This document shows, one piece after another, positions 26,019-37,566 of a stretch of 64,000 nt of DNA. The position numbers and the translations under genes are program-made. The notes under the pieces were generated by a model. That model was given only the letters and a program-made list of their open reading frames with translations. It was not told where the DNA came from and made no database searches. Position 1 is the stretch's first letter; every line of letters begins with the position of its first letter. The stretch comes from Lama guanicoe (lineage: Eukaryota). The DNA is taken from contig MU056960.1 of the NCBI GenBank assembly GCA_013239625.1, positions 13,898,311-13,962,310 of the forward strand, read 5' to 3'.

Positions 26019-26420
26019 ATGATCAGAAACCTCTCCTTAACTCTTGAAACATTGCAGATTCTGTTGCTAAGACACTAGCTACTTAGCAAAGATCCTTAGA
26101 CTCTCTGGCCAAAGTTGTTCCTGATAACAGGATGGCCTTTCAGCTGAGTTGTTCTGTGGCCAACACCACCTGCTGTGCTTAGACTTAACACTTCTGGGGA
26201 AGCTGAAAGCCAGTTACATAAGATACTGAACAAACCCTTTGGGTTAAAAAGGTGACTCCTTCAATGGGGTCTTCCTTCGACTTAATTTGATATTCATTGG
26301 TTTGGGTCTTAGGGACCCATAGCTCCCAAATACACTCTAAACATTGGGAATTATCTTGCTTAGAATTATAATAATATCCCTTGTGCTCTGCATTCTCTCA
26401 AAAGCTTTAGACGTGTGTTC
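26019..26420 (+). pseudogene. Decayed gamma-type (ERV1) env transmembrane-subunit remnant
   Basis: Conceptual translation MIRNLSLTL/IADSVAKTLAT*QRSLDSLAKVVPDNRMA (heptad plus start of the immunosuppressive domain), CX6CC motif CSVANTTCC at 26150-26176, and hydrophobic anchor LGIILLRIIIISLVLCILSK from 26344. Stops and frameshifts are present. Confidence 0.8.
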
Positions 26421-26572
26421 ACAGCCATTAATCACCAGGTAAATATCCCTAAGACTGGACCTCAAAAAAGGAACAAAGAGAATGAGTGACAAAAAAATTG
26501 TAAGCCTGGAGTGGTGACCTGTGAGTACCACACAGATTCAGCAAAAAAGCAGCATCAAAAAAGCTGGGAGAA

Positions 26573-26726
26573 GGGGGAGGGTATAGCTCAGTGGTAGAGT
26601 GCTTGCTTAGCATGCATGAGGTCCTGGGTTCAATCCCCAGTGCCTCCATTAAAAAAAAAACAAAACTAATTATCTCTCACCTCCAAAAACAAACAAACAA
26701 ACAAAAACAAACCAAAAAGAAAATGC
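26573..26726 (+). mobile_element. tRNA-derived SINE (Vic-1-like)
   Basis: GGGGGAGGGTATAGCTCAGTGGTAGAG...GGGTTCAATCCCCAG, with a perfect 16-bp TSD AAAAAAGCTGGGAGAA at 26557-26572 and 26727-26742. Confidence 0.92.
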
Positions 26727-26824
26727 AAAAAAGCTGGGAGAACTAGAGAGCAGTAGGTGAGTGGTGCTAATGCCCTAAATTTTGATCTCATCTTTCAGTT
26801 AAGCTGGGATCAAAAGGGGAAAAT

Positions 26825-27173
26825 TGTCAAAAATAAACAAGCCCAAAATGGAGTCACTTGTGCTAAACCCCACCAAGACTTAATACCTAACCTAACTGCG
26901 ATTTCAGCCTCTCTCAGGAGTGGGGTTTTAAAACAGTCTGAAGTAAGCTGCCTAAGACCCACTGAGAGAAGAGAAGATGAACCTGCCTGAAATAATCCAC
27001 TGTCATAACTTCCTTGTCCCACCCTCCTGCCTATAAAAGCTTTCCATTTTTTGCATCTCCTTGGATCTCACCTTTTTACTTGCTGGATGGGATGCTGCCC
27101 AATTCATGAATTATTATATAAAGCCAATTAGATCTTCAAAATTATTCAATTGGATTTTGTTTGTTTTTTTTAA
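26825..27173 (+). mobile_element. ERV1 3' LTR (MER34/MER39-like) with PPT at 26812-26823
   Basis: AAAAGGGGAAAA polypurine tract followed by a TG start, CCCAAAATGGAGTCAC, a TATA-like CTATAAAAG, and ATAAAGCCAATTAGATCTT near the end. Lies downstream of the env remnant. Confidence 0.7.
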
Positions 27174-28818
27174 GTCCCAGCACTGCCATATCTAGAATTT
27201 TACTGTCACTAAGGCTGAGTTGATCATCCTTAACCTCATATTGACCAAACTCCCTGGACCATGCGGTCTGGGCAGGAGCTGGAGTGGTAGAGACCTCACT
27301 CTGTCCCATTGCCCCTGGAGCCACCCCTCAGGGTACCTCTCAAGCCCCATTAGGATGCCAGGCCCAGGTCTCAGTCTCAGCTCCAGTCAGCTGTCCCCTA
27401 CCTGGACAAGAACCCTCATCTTGGTCCCCCAGATAGATTATAGCAAGGCCTATCTGTGGTTCTGTGGCTGCAGAACCACAGGAGGGAGGAACACAGATGG
27501 CTGGAAATCTAGTAACAAGAGGTCAGCCTCCCCTGGAGTGTGAAACTTCCCCCAAATCTAGTTCAGGAACAGCAGCCCCAGCCATGCAGTCCCACTGGCT
27601 AGAGTCACCCCATCGCCTTCCCTCCTGACCTTCATGTCAAGCCATCTCTGAAGACTGTGACCATGAATTTTTGTTCACTACTGTGCCCCATGCCTAGAAC
27701 AGTGCTGGGTGCAGAGCAGGGGCTCTGTAAATATTTTAATTAATAAATTGATTAATAATGAAGTAATTGAAATCATAATTGAATTAATAAATGAATGAAT
27801 GAGCAATGGCCTCAGAGACCCCACCTGCCAGTCTGGACATCAGGGCAGCAGAAGTTGCTGGAGAAGGAGCCCCTCAACTTGGATCCTTCAGCAGGGAGCC
27901 CTCCATCCCTTTCCCTTTGCTACTCAACATCTTGGTTTACCACCACCCATGCACTATTGTGCTAGGTGTTCTTGGGCAATATGTCCCCTCCCTAACAGGA
28001 AGGACCAGGTGGGATAACCCAATTATCAGCAGCCGCTGCCTTGCCTAACGCCACGGGACGCCATTCCCTAGTCCCTGCCCCTCTCCTAAGAGATTCCTCA
28101 AAACGTGCGCTCCCTTAAGGGTGCATGACGGCGGCGCGACCGCACGGGGGCAGCAGACACCGGGGCCGCGGGGCCCCGCGCACCTGAGAGCGCTAAGCGA
28201 ACTGATGGAAAGTTTTAGGTTGCTGTTTTTGTCCCTTCTCAGCCTGCGACAGCAGCTTGGCGTCACCCAGTGGAGTTCGCCCTGTATAGGTCCAGTCCTG
28301 CCAGTGTTGCTAGAGGCGAAGCCACCGAGAAAAGTTTAGGACCAATATTCTCCTTTCTTTCTCGTTCCAATGTTAAAACTTCACTTTATTTCAAATTTCC
28401 ATTTATTTTTTTCCCAGAAGCATACAAAAATAATAAATATGCCTTCAAACTTACTAGAACTTACATTTTTTTCTTTCTAATGATGGCTTTATAGAAGCCA
28501 CCTAAATGCAAAAATCATGAAAAAACTGATGAAAGCTGAGGGACCTGTCCTGTTTAAGGGGAAAGGTTTTATAGTGGGACAGACTTAGAACTGAACTGAC
28601 CTCTGCCGCTTAATCACAAGTCAATGGTCCCACCCCAAGTTTCTTCATCTGTAAAGCTGGAATGTAGTTTGTATAGAGAATGTGCCAGGTGAGGTCGTGG
28701 GGAAGAGTTGGTGAAAAATGCTTTGAGCAGTACCAGGTCATACACTAACGCTGTGGGTTAGTGGGTGAGTGAAGTCAGCATCTACAGATGAGAAGGAATT
28801 TAAAAAAAAAAACAAAGA

Positions 28819-28960
28819 GGGGGAGGGAAATAGCTCAGTGGTAGAGTGCATGCATGCATGGGTTCAATCCCCAGTACCTTCATTAAAAATAAATAAATAA
28901 ACCTAATTACCTCCCCCTCCTCCTACAAAAAATAAAAACTTTCTTAAAGACAAAAAAAGA
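28819..28960 (+). mobile_element. tRNA-derived SINE (Vic-1-like, internal deletion)
   Basis: TAGCTCAGTGGTAGAGTGCATGCATGCATGGGTTCAATCCCCAGTACC followed by an AAACCTAATTACCTCCCCC tail. Confidence 0.85.
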
Positions 28961-29126
28961 CCTAAATAATAAAGGGCTATCTATCCCATGTTTGTATAAT
29001 GGAAGGCTCAAAACTGTTCAGTTGTCAATTCTGCCCAAACTGATCTATGCAGATTTAATACAATCCTAATAAAAACCTCAGACACTGACATGCTGATGCT
29101 AAAATTAATTTTTAAAAAATAATAAA

Positions 29127-29211
29127 GGGGGTTATAGCTCGGTGGTAGAGTATGAGCTCCTGGGTTCAATGCCCAGTACCTCGACTAAAAATAATTAAAA
29201 ATTTAAAAAAA
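29127..29211 (+). mobile_element. tRNA-derived SINE (Vic-1-like, short)
   Basis: GGGGGTTATAGCTCGGTGGTAGAG...GGGTTCAATGCCCAGTACC with an A-rich tail. Confidence 0.8.
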
Positions 29212-29857
29212 GGTACAAGTTAGACAAAACTGCTTTAAAATATGTGCAAATTTCTAAAAAGAAGTCACCCTAGGTGGCACAAATTTTACTACTTCATAAT
29301 CCAGTATGTGGAATTATTCATTGCAACCAAACGACTTTGAGGCAATTCACTTAAGCCCAAGACTGGGCACAATTCCAAACATAGAAATACAAACAGAACA
29401 AAAATTCCCCAAAAAACATGGCTGTAGGAAAAAGGGTCATAGCTATCTTAAAATTCAAAAAAAATTTTCATATATAAATGAATGAAACTGCTTTTAAAAG
29501 TGTTCTTTAAAAGAGTATAAAGTTGCCAAACTATCCCATTTTTCGAAAACATTACCCACCCACCCCCAAAATAAAATTTTGGACAAATGAGAAAAAAAAG
29601 CATAAATGCCTGAACATATTGCAAAGTCACACCTGTGAGGTACAAAAATCAACAGACGAAAAAACAACAATAGGAAACATAACAGTCACCAATTCATGTA
29701 TTGACCAGTGTGTTCTGAACGCTGTGTTTAATGCTCTTGTTTTCTGCCAGATGACCCAGACCTCTCTCTCTCTGGGATCTGCTCCCCTCAACCGCCCCAC
29801 CCATCCTCAGCTATGCCTTCTCTACTTGCTCCTTGTGTCCTAAAGAAAATGTTCCTC

Positions 29858-30685
29858 CATCCATCAAAGAACATTTAAGTTGTTTCCTTATCTTGGCAAC
29901 TGTGGATAAGGCTGCAATGAACGTGGGGGTGCAGATCCCTCTTCACACTCCTGATTTNNNNNNNNNNNNNNNNNNNNNNNNNNNNNNNNNNNNNNNNNNN
30001 NNNNNNNNNNNNNNNNNNNNNNNNNNNNNNNNNNNNNNNNNNNNNNNNNNNNNNNNNNNNNNNNNNNNNNNNNNNNNNNNNNNNNNNNNNNNNNNNNNNN
30101 NNNNNNNNNNNNNNNNNNNNNNNNNNNNNNNNNNNNNNNNNNNNNNNNNNNNNNNACCGCATGACCTCGCTTACCTGTGAAATCTACAAAAGCTGAACTC
30201 TTAGAAACAGAAAGCAGAATGCCAGTGCCCAGAGACTGGAGTTGTGGGAAACAGGATGATATTGGTCAAAGGGTACAAAGTTTCAGTTATATAACATGAA
30301 TAAGATATAAAGAGCTAATGTAGGGGAGAGGATATAAGCTCAGTGGTAGAACGCATGCCTAGCACGCACGAGGTCCTGGGTTCAATCCCCAGTACCTCCA
30401 TTAAAAATAAATCAATAAATAAACCTAATTACCTCCCCTCCAAGAGGCAGAAAAAGAGCTCCTGTACAGCATGGGGATGACAGCTAACAATACTGCATTG
30501 TATACTTGAAATTTACTAAGAGGATAGGTTTTACTAAATCTTCTCAACGCATACACAAATGCCTGACTACGTAGAGGGGACAGAGATGTTAGTGGCTGGA
30601 TTGTGGTGATCATTTCACAGTGTATACATGTACCAAAATGTCTAGTGGTACACCTTAAATGTATACAGTTCTTGTTAAAAGGAAA
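29858..30685. mobile_element. 5'-inverted (twin-primed) L1 insertion
   Basis: 29858-29957 is minus-strand L1 sequence; 30156-30685 is a plus-strand L1 3' end with an A tail. 12-bp TSD AAAATGTTCCTC at 29846-29857 and 30686-30697. The inversion junction is hidden in the N gap. Confidence 0.75.
30323..30452 (+). mobile_element. tRNA-derived SINE (Vic-1-like) inside L1
   Basis: A/B boxes present; imperfect TSD AAAGAGCTAATGTA / AAAGAGCTCCTGTA. Confidence 0.88.
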
Positions 30686-30904
30686 AAAATGTTCCTCAAT
30701 GCCCCTTCCTTTGACCATTTAAAGCATGTTGTTGAAAGAAGTCTTGCAGCCACCTTACCACCGCGATCAGCCACCAGCCATATAGCTTCTGCCCCTGTCT
30801 CCGCACTGCCACTGCCACTGCCACTACCCTGGTCCAAGTCACTGATAAACTCCTTGTTGCTGAATCTGGTGTAAAGACGGCAGGAGCAAAGCCAAACGGT
30901 AGTG

Positions 30905-31965
30905 ACAGCCTGGAAGAAATGTTTGCAACCCAGGAAACAGTCCAAGAACCAGTAGCCAGAATATACAGCATATCTACAGAACGCCTACCAACTAATGAGA
31001 TAAAAATCAAATGACTCAGTGGAACACGCTGGCAAAGGCAATTCACAGAAAAGAAAAACCAGAGCCAATGAATGTATGAAAAGGAGCTCAGCTTCCTCAG
31101 TAATCGAGGGAAATGCAAATTAAAACCACAGTGAGATACCATCTCATGCTCATTTGGAAAAACAGAAAAAGTCTGACAATTACAGCATGTGGATGAGCCT
31201 ACAGGTCAGCCAGAGCATCAGACACAGCCCAACCCCTGACCCAGCAGTTCTGTGTTGGTTTTCAGACTCTGGGAGCACCCGCGGTAAGAAGTACAAAGTG
31301 GCCCATTACTCAGACATGTGAGACTGAAACACGAAGTTAACAAAACAGTAATTACCTTTATTACCCTTACTGCGAGTGACGTGCGCCTTTATTTTCTACT
31401 TGTTCTGTTTCACAACCGAGTGAATTGTTTTCACTACCCTCAATGGGTTGCAAACCCCAGTCTGAAAAGTGTTCTTTCCAGAAGCGTTCACCTGTGAATG
31501 AAAAAACATATGCAAGACTACGTGTGGCAGCATTTTGTCCATCAATAGGGAAATGAATAAATAAACTGGGTGTATCTGTCTCAGGGATGATTAAGCAGTG
31601 GTTAAAATGAATGAGATCTGTCTGCATCGACATGGACAGCTTTCAAAATCACAGTGTTACCTAAAAAGGAAAAGTGACAGAGTAATAGCTGTGAAATGAC
31701 AGCGTTTATATCTTTTTTTTTTCAAGCCCATTAAGCAACATTATATGTTGTTCTGGACACGTATACAAGGAAAATGTCTTTAAAAAACAAGAACTAGAAA
31801 GTCCCTGCCCATTCATGATGGTAGCTGGTTCCCTGGGGCAGCAGATGGAGGAGGGAGAAAGTCAGAGGGAACGTCAGCTTCACATGTAACACTTTCTTCT
31901 TTTTCTATTTTTAAGCCATAATGACAAAATTCTAACACCTGTTTATTATAGGTGGTAGATACCTG
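30905..31965 (+). mobile_element. Old L1 (L1M-type) fragments
   Basis: GGGAAATGCAAATTAAAACCACAGTGAGATACCA and TGTCCATCAATAGGGAAATGAATAAATAAACTG. Confidence 0.65.
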
Positions 31966-32659
31966 AAGGTTGCAAACAAGCCAGTCAAGCAAAGATCTGA
32001 AAGAAGAGTGATCCAGGCACCATCACCTCCCCCCACAAAAAACAAAAAACAAACCCCCAAAAGGCAGTGCAAAGGCCCTGAGGTACCATGGCCTGTTCCA
32101 GGATCAGGAGTGAGGAGGAGAGAGGTTAAGAATTAGGTTGTTAAGGAATTGGATTTTAGATTTTAAGCAGCAGAGTTAACTCATCAAACCTACACTGTAA
32201 AAATATCATTCTAGTTGGGCATGTTTTATTAACAATTGAAATTGAGTGATAAACACATATGGTTATTGTGTGTGCTTGACATTTCCCATAAGAAGTTTAC
32301 AAATAATAATATGACCTCTGGTTACTGTGAGGAAAACGGGCTGGGTGTCAGGACAACTGGGGAGGCAGGGAGGGTATCTCGGAGGCTGCCATAGGGATCT
32401 GGTCGCGGGGGGGCGGGGGGGGAATGTGGGTGGGACCAGAGTAGCAAGGGTGGAGCAGAGAAGCCATGGGATTTGCCCAAGGACATAACGTGGGAGGAGA
32501 CAAAAATGGTTTGGGCTGAGCCCCTGGACACTTGGTGGTTCAGGCAGCTGTGGAGACAGGAGGGGGTTTGGGAGTGGGGAGAAAGCTGGGCTTGGGCAAG
32601 TCGCCAGGGAGAGGCCCGGGGCCTCCAAGGGGAGATGTCAGGGGCACAAGTCCAGAGTT

Positions 32660-32890
32660 CAGGGAGGAGTCAGGGCTAGTTCCCCATTTGGGAATCACTG
32701 GCATGTAAATAGCATTTAAAACCACGGGACTAGATGAGATTCCTAGGAGGTGGGTGTTGATGGAGAAGAAAAGCAGACCGAGGACTGAGCCCAGAGGCCC
32801 TCCTACAATTACAAGTGGAGGAGAGGCGGGGAGGAGGAGGCAGCAAAGGAGACTGGCAGGAGCAGCCTCTGGGGCAGGAGGAAACCAGAA
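32660..32890 (-). mobile_element. L2 LINE fragment
   Basis: GAGTTCAGGGAGGAG...ATTTGGGAATCACTGGCATGTAAATAGCATTTAAAACCACGGGACTAGATGAGAT...GAGGACTGAGCCC. Confidence 0.6.
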
Positions 32891-33525
32891 GGAAAGGAAG
32901 TTGCTCTCTCCTCATCTCCCCAAACCCCAAAACTTATTCACCCCATGGCAGCCCCTGCCACTGCTTAGGACTCCAGCTCTTGCCTAAATAACTGCAAACA
33001 GCCTGGGACCAGGCAGTCCACCAGGTCCACTCTCAGCATCTTTGTAAAATGCAGATCTGATGCCATAACTCCCCGTAGCTCATTCAAGGTTGGAAACCAC
33101 GTCCACAGCCTGGTGACCGCACGCCCTGTGGCCTGGGTTCTGCACACAGCAACAGCCACCCTGCAGATGCCCCATCCATCAGCACACATGTGTGCACACA
33201 CCGGGGAGCAGACGTGGTGCCCCTCTCCCTCCTTCCTGGAGGCAGTGCTCACCTCCCACACCTGAGCCTAGAAGCACCAGACCCCACTTTCCCAGCCTCT
33301 GGGACTTCTGGAAATATCTCCTCCCCTCAAAGAAAAGAGAAGGAGACCAGGAGACAGGGTCCATCCCTAGCCTGCCTCCGGGCTTTAACTGCAGGAACAC
33401 ATGAATGCCTGAGCTGCTGCTACTGTCCTGTGACCGGAAGGGGCCAACAGATCAAATGCAGATCACAGCAATCCAGAGAACGGAGTTTGGGTCTTTGGTG
33501 AGATCAGGAGGCCCGACCACAGTAC

Positions 33526-34155
33526 TGTGACAGGAAGGAAGGGGGTGCGACACAGACATTAGAGAAACGACACAGCAATTAGCTCCAAGATGGAAGATTC
33601 ATCTCCCAGTAGACCTGGAGGCCCAAGATGGCTGGAGATTCGACCTCCAGTGGACCCCGAGCTAAATTATACACATCGTAACGTCCTGGCTTGGGGACCA
33701 CGTTGTAATGTCCTAGCATGGTGAATGACACACCCACAGGCACCATGGCAGCTCCGAAGCTAAGCACAAAAGATCAAAGGAAGGGCCGCGGCCCAATTCC
33801 TGGGAGCCCCCGCCCCTTCCCCAAAGTAGTCGGAATGATCCTCTCACTTGTTAGCTGATAAAAACCAGCAACACCCCACCTCACAGTCACTCTTTCTCTC
33901 TTGCCTTCCAAGAAGGCCGGCACTCTGTCTATGGAGTGTGTGTCTACCTTCATTTTAACCTTTACTGTAACCACTCCCTGCCCCGCGTACACCTCTCTAG
34001 ATAAATATACTTTTGCTCAACTATGGCTCGCTCTTGAATTCTTTCCTGCTCGAAGCCAAGGACCCTTGCTTGGCGGGGCGCATGCCGGGGACTCAACTGA
34101 GACCTGGGACATGGCCATCCTCTCGCACCCCCACCCCCGCTTTTTTCCTATATCA
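33526..34155 (+). mobile_element. Solo ERV1-type LTR
   Basis: TG...CA termini, near-perfect 4-bp TSD GTAC/GTAT, CAAGATGG repeats, a TATA-like GATAAAAA and a poly(A)-like ATAAAT. Confidence 0.75.
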
Positions 34156-34684
34156 GTATTGCTGACCACTGGGCTTCTTTTAAGAGGAAATAGCAAGCCC
34201 CTGCTGTTTACACCACCTCGGGTGGGCGTGGGCTTCTGACACTAGCATTCAGAAACACCCCGACGGACCCCCATCCTCCTACGTGCGCCCACCCCACCCT
34301 CACCACCTGACCCCTGGAAGTTGCACCTCCCCCCAGAGCTCATGCCCATTGGCATTGCCACATCTTGTCCGTCATGCCCTCACGCTTGTCCACTCACTCT
34401 GGCCATGTGATAACTCACCTCTCCTAGGCCACCTGCAGCCTATAGCCTTTGGCTTGTGCGTCATCTGAGATCAGACAATGGTTTTGAAATGTGAATAGCT
34501 GCTTTTACTGCCCCTTCCCCCCACCGAAACTATTTTCGGTTACCCAACCCTTCCCCCTATGTTGACAGCTGCCATTCCCTGTGGCATCCACTGCCCCAGG
34601 GGAGGATCGTTTTCCGGAGATACCGTAAAAGCTTAGGACTTAAGGAAACTGAAAGATTAGAGAAAACAAAAATGTGATGAGTCA

Positions 34685-34766
34685 GGGGGAAAGGTATAGC
34701 TCAGGGGTAGCCGTGCTTAGCATGCACTGGGTCCTGGGTTCAACCCTCAATACTGCCATTAAAAAA
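34685..34766 (+). mobile_element. tRNA-derived SINE (Vic-1-like)
   Basis: GGTATAGCTCAGGGGTAG...GGGTTCAACCC; TSD AAAAATGTGATGAGTCAG / AAAAATGTGATGGGTCAG. Confidence 0.85.
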
Positions 34767-35816
34767 AAAAATGTGATGGGTCAGAGAAAGGCCTCCCACC
34801 CCCAGCCAGAGGGGAAGGAACAGAGTGGGTTGTGGAGACAGAAGTCAGTAGGGCCTGCGGCTCACACTTCAGAGGAGCAGAGTAGTGTCCTGAGACCACC
34901 AACCACTGCCAATGTCTTACCCGGGAAGTCTCATCCTCCACCAGGGCCAGGAGCCGTCAGTGCCCACAGACCCTGCAGGACCTGCTCAGTGAGGGCTTCG
35001 AGGGTATATGTGCAGGTCCCCCAGGGACACCCCCCAACCAGTTCCTCTCCTGGAGCACCCCACGCCACCCTCTGGTAGCCCAACAGGACTGCCTTTACTG
35101 GGGCATCCATCTTACTTAAAGGCTCAACATGGCAGCACCCACCCATCCCCACCCCAGACAAAGCAGGGATCCTGGACATGGAGAGGGTGGGTGGCCAGAG
35201 CCTGAACAGGAGACATCCCACCCTCACCTACCCCACTAGAACAGGGCCGATGGGGGCTATTTCTGACTCACCTCGGTGACTGATTCCAGCGCCCTGCCCA
35301 GGACCTAACAAACAGAGGGACACTTGGCGGGGCCAGTGACATGGGTTGGTAAGAAGAATTTACCAGAAAGGGAGAAGTTTAAGAACAAAGGAAAGTTTAA
35401 AACACTGCTACAGGCAACAGCGGGCCACATGGGCAAGAGGTGTATGCGTGTCCGCCACATGTGAACGTGCAGGCAGACGTGGGCTGACACAAGCAAGGGA
35501 GTGGGATTCGTGATTCCGATAAGGAGGGGACGTGAGCTGAGACAAGTCAGCTTGAGCCGCGGTGAGGCTAGTCACTTCCCAGGGCTGTTAACTCTGTGAA
35601 GGCAAACACCCATCGGGAGTTTATCTCCTGAGTGGAGCAGGCAGACTCCTAAGGGCTGGACGTTTGGGGGCTGCAAGCCTCTGGCAGGCACCGGTTGGCA
35701 TTGCACACAGTAAATGTTTGTTGGCCTAAATGGAATACGAGGCTGCAGGGATGGGACCCAGATGCCAGTCAGTTAGGCTAGCCGCCCTACCCCCACTCAC
35801 CTTCCAGAGGCGACTC

Positions 35817-36163
35817 AGGGTGGTCATGTGACCCAGTCTGGCCAATAGGATGATGCAGAAGACATGAGGCAGGGCTTCCAATAAAGCTTTTGTAAAGGGA
35901 TGGATTCAGCTGGCCTAGCTTTTTGCCCTTCCTCTTTGTCCTGTTGGGAGGTGTGGCAGCCATGACAAAGTGACAGACATAAGGACAAAGGCCTCCAAGC
36001 AACAGATGGCAGAGAGGGACGATGGCAAGAGGCTGGGTCCCTGATGGCATAACTGAGCCCCAGAGCATGCTGCCCAGTCTCAGCTTCCTGCATGAGACCC
36101 ATAAAGCCCTCTCTGTTTAAGCCACAGCTACGCAGGCGTTCTGTTATTTGTAACTTAACACAA
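35817..36163 (+). mobile_element. MLT1-like MaLR LTR
   Basis: GGTCATGTGACCCAGTCTGGCCAATAGG...TGGGTCCCTGATGGCAT...TGTTTAAGCCAC...TTCTGTTATTTG. Confidence 0.7.
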
Positions 36164-36236
36164 TGGATTCACAGCATGTTCTCATACAATTCTGGACTAA
36201 GACAGCTTTGGGCTTGAATCTTGGCTGGTGTCAGGG

Positions 36237-37566
36237 TGGTACTGAACCAAACTTGGGTTTACTCACCTACATGCAGCAAAGCCAATTTACTAGCGCAGGG
36301 TTGTGGGGAAGGAAGGTACAGTGTTCACTGCAGAGCCCAGCAAGGAGAACAGGTGGCTTGTGCTCAAAGGACCTGAACTCCCCCACGGCTTTCGGGGAAG
36401 GGTCTTTAAAGGCAACACTGAGGGTGAGGGCTGCAGCGGCATGACTCTTCTGATTAGTTGGTGGTGAGGTAACAGGGTGATGTTCCAGGAACATCGTCAA
36501 CTTCAACAATCATCAACCTTCTCTCTCCGACCAGTCTGGGCTCCAGTGCTTGTGCTCGCCTTGCAGTCACCATCCTCCCCCTGGGCGGGGGCCTCAGTTT
36601 CTGAGGAAGAACTCGGAGATAGGTGTCAGATTGTTGTTTACACATATCCCTTGAGGAGGAACTGGGACTCAGCTGTGCTGCTGAATTGTGGTCATTACTT
36701 TCTTGCTTAAGTGCTTTTCCTTTGTGTCCGCATCACCTCATTCCCCTGATTAGTAACTGCTTGTACCTGTGAAACAGAGCAGGACCCTGTGGGGTCCTCC
36801 TCGGTACAAATCCTTTCACTGTCCCCCATTTCTTGTTTGTGGGAAGTAGACTTCATTCAGCTTCCTTGACCTGCCCCTGAGTTCCAAAGGGCAGCTTCAA
36901 ACAGTCCCTAATCAGGGAAGGGAGGGAGTGTAGAGACAGGGGAGGAACAGTCAAGAAACAATAGTGCGGCCTTGGGGCAGTTCCTGGTTCCTCCTCAAGG
37001 AATATGCATAACAATATCTTTGAGTTCTTCTGAGGCATTCAGGCCCCCACCCGGGGGAGGATGGCAACCTCTGGCTGAGCACAAGATTCCTGGAATATCA
37101 CCCTGTTACCACCAGACAAGGAGAAGAAAGACATGCCCCCTGCAGCCCTCACCCCCAATGTTGCCTTTAAAAAGAACCCTTCCCCAAAAGCCATCAGGGA
37201 GTTTGGGTTTCCTGAGAACAAGCCACTCCTTTCCCTTGCTTGGCCCTGCAATCAACCTTCCTCTGCTGCAAACTCCGGCATTTGGTTTGTTTGGCCTTAC
37301 TGTGTGTCGGACTCATGAACTTTTGTTCAGTAACACCTGCTCTTTGGAATTTAGGGAAAGTCTAAGGAGACTAAAGCCATTTTCTATAAACAGAAAAAGG
37401 GCGACACATGGGCTTTGATATTCAGGAGGGTTTCAGTGCCCCCTTTTCTTTGATATTCCTCAGTCCTGAGGGGAAATGTGCCGGACAAGAAAAAGAGTAA
37501 CGTTTTGGATAAAGAGGTTAATCATAAACTCGGTAAGGGACTCGGTTTTAGGGAAACTTGGTTTCA
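36237..37566 (-). mobile_element. Middle ERV1 LTR 'A' (36237-36769 plus 37340-37566)
   Basis: Reverse-complement homologue of LTR B. Termini TG(G)TACTGAAC and GTTTCA, flanked by AGGG/GGGG. Confidence 0.7.
36770..37335 (+). mobile_element. Inner solo ERV1 LTR 'B'
   Basis: TGAAACAG...GTTCAGTAACA with a perfect 4-bp TSD CCTG at 36766-36769 and 37336-37339; TATA-like CTTTAAAAA. Confidence 0.8.

Noticed and set aside
26573-26650. tRNA genes at the GGTATAGCTCAGTGGTAGAG...GGTTCAATCCC motifs
   Set aside because: Ten dispersed, diverged copies with A-rich tails and TSDs are SINEs, not tRNA genes.
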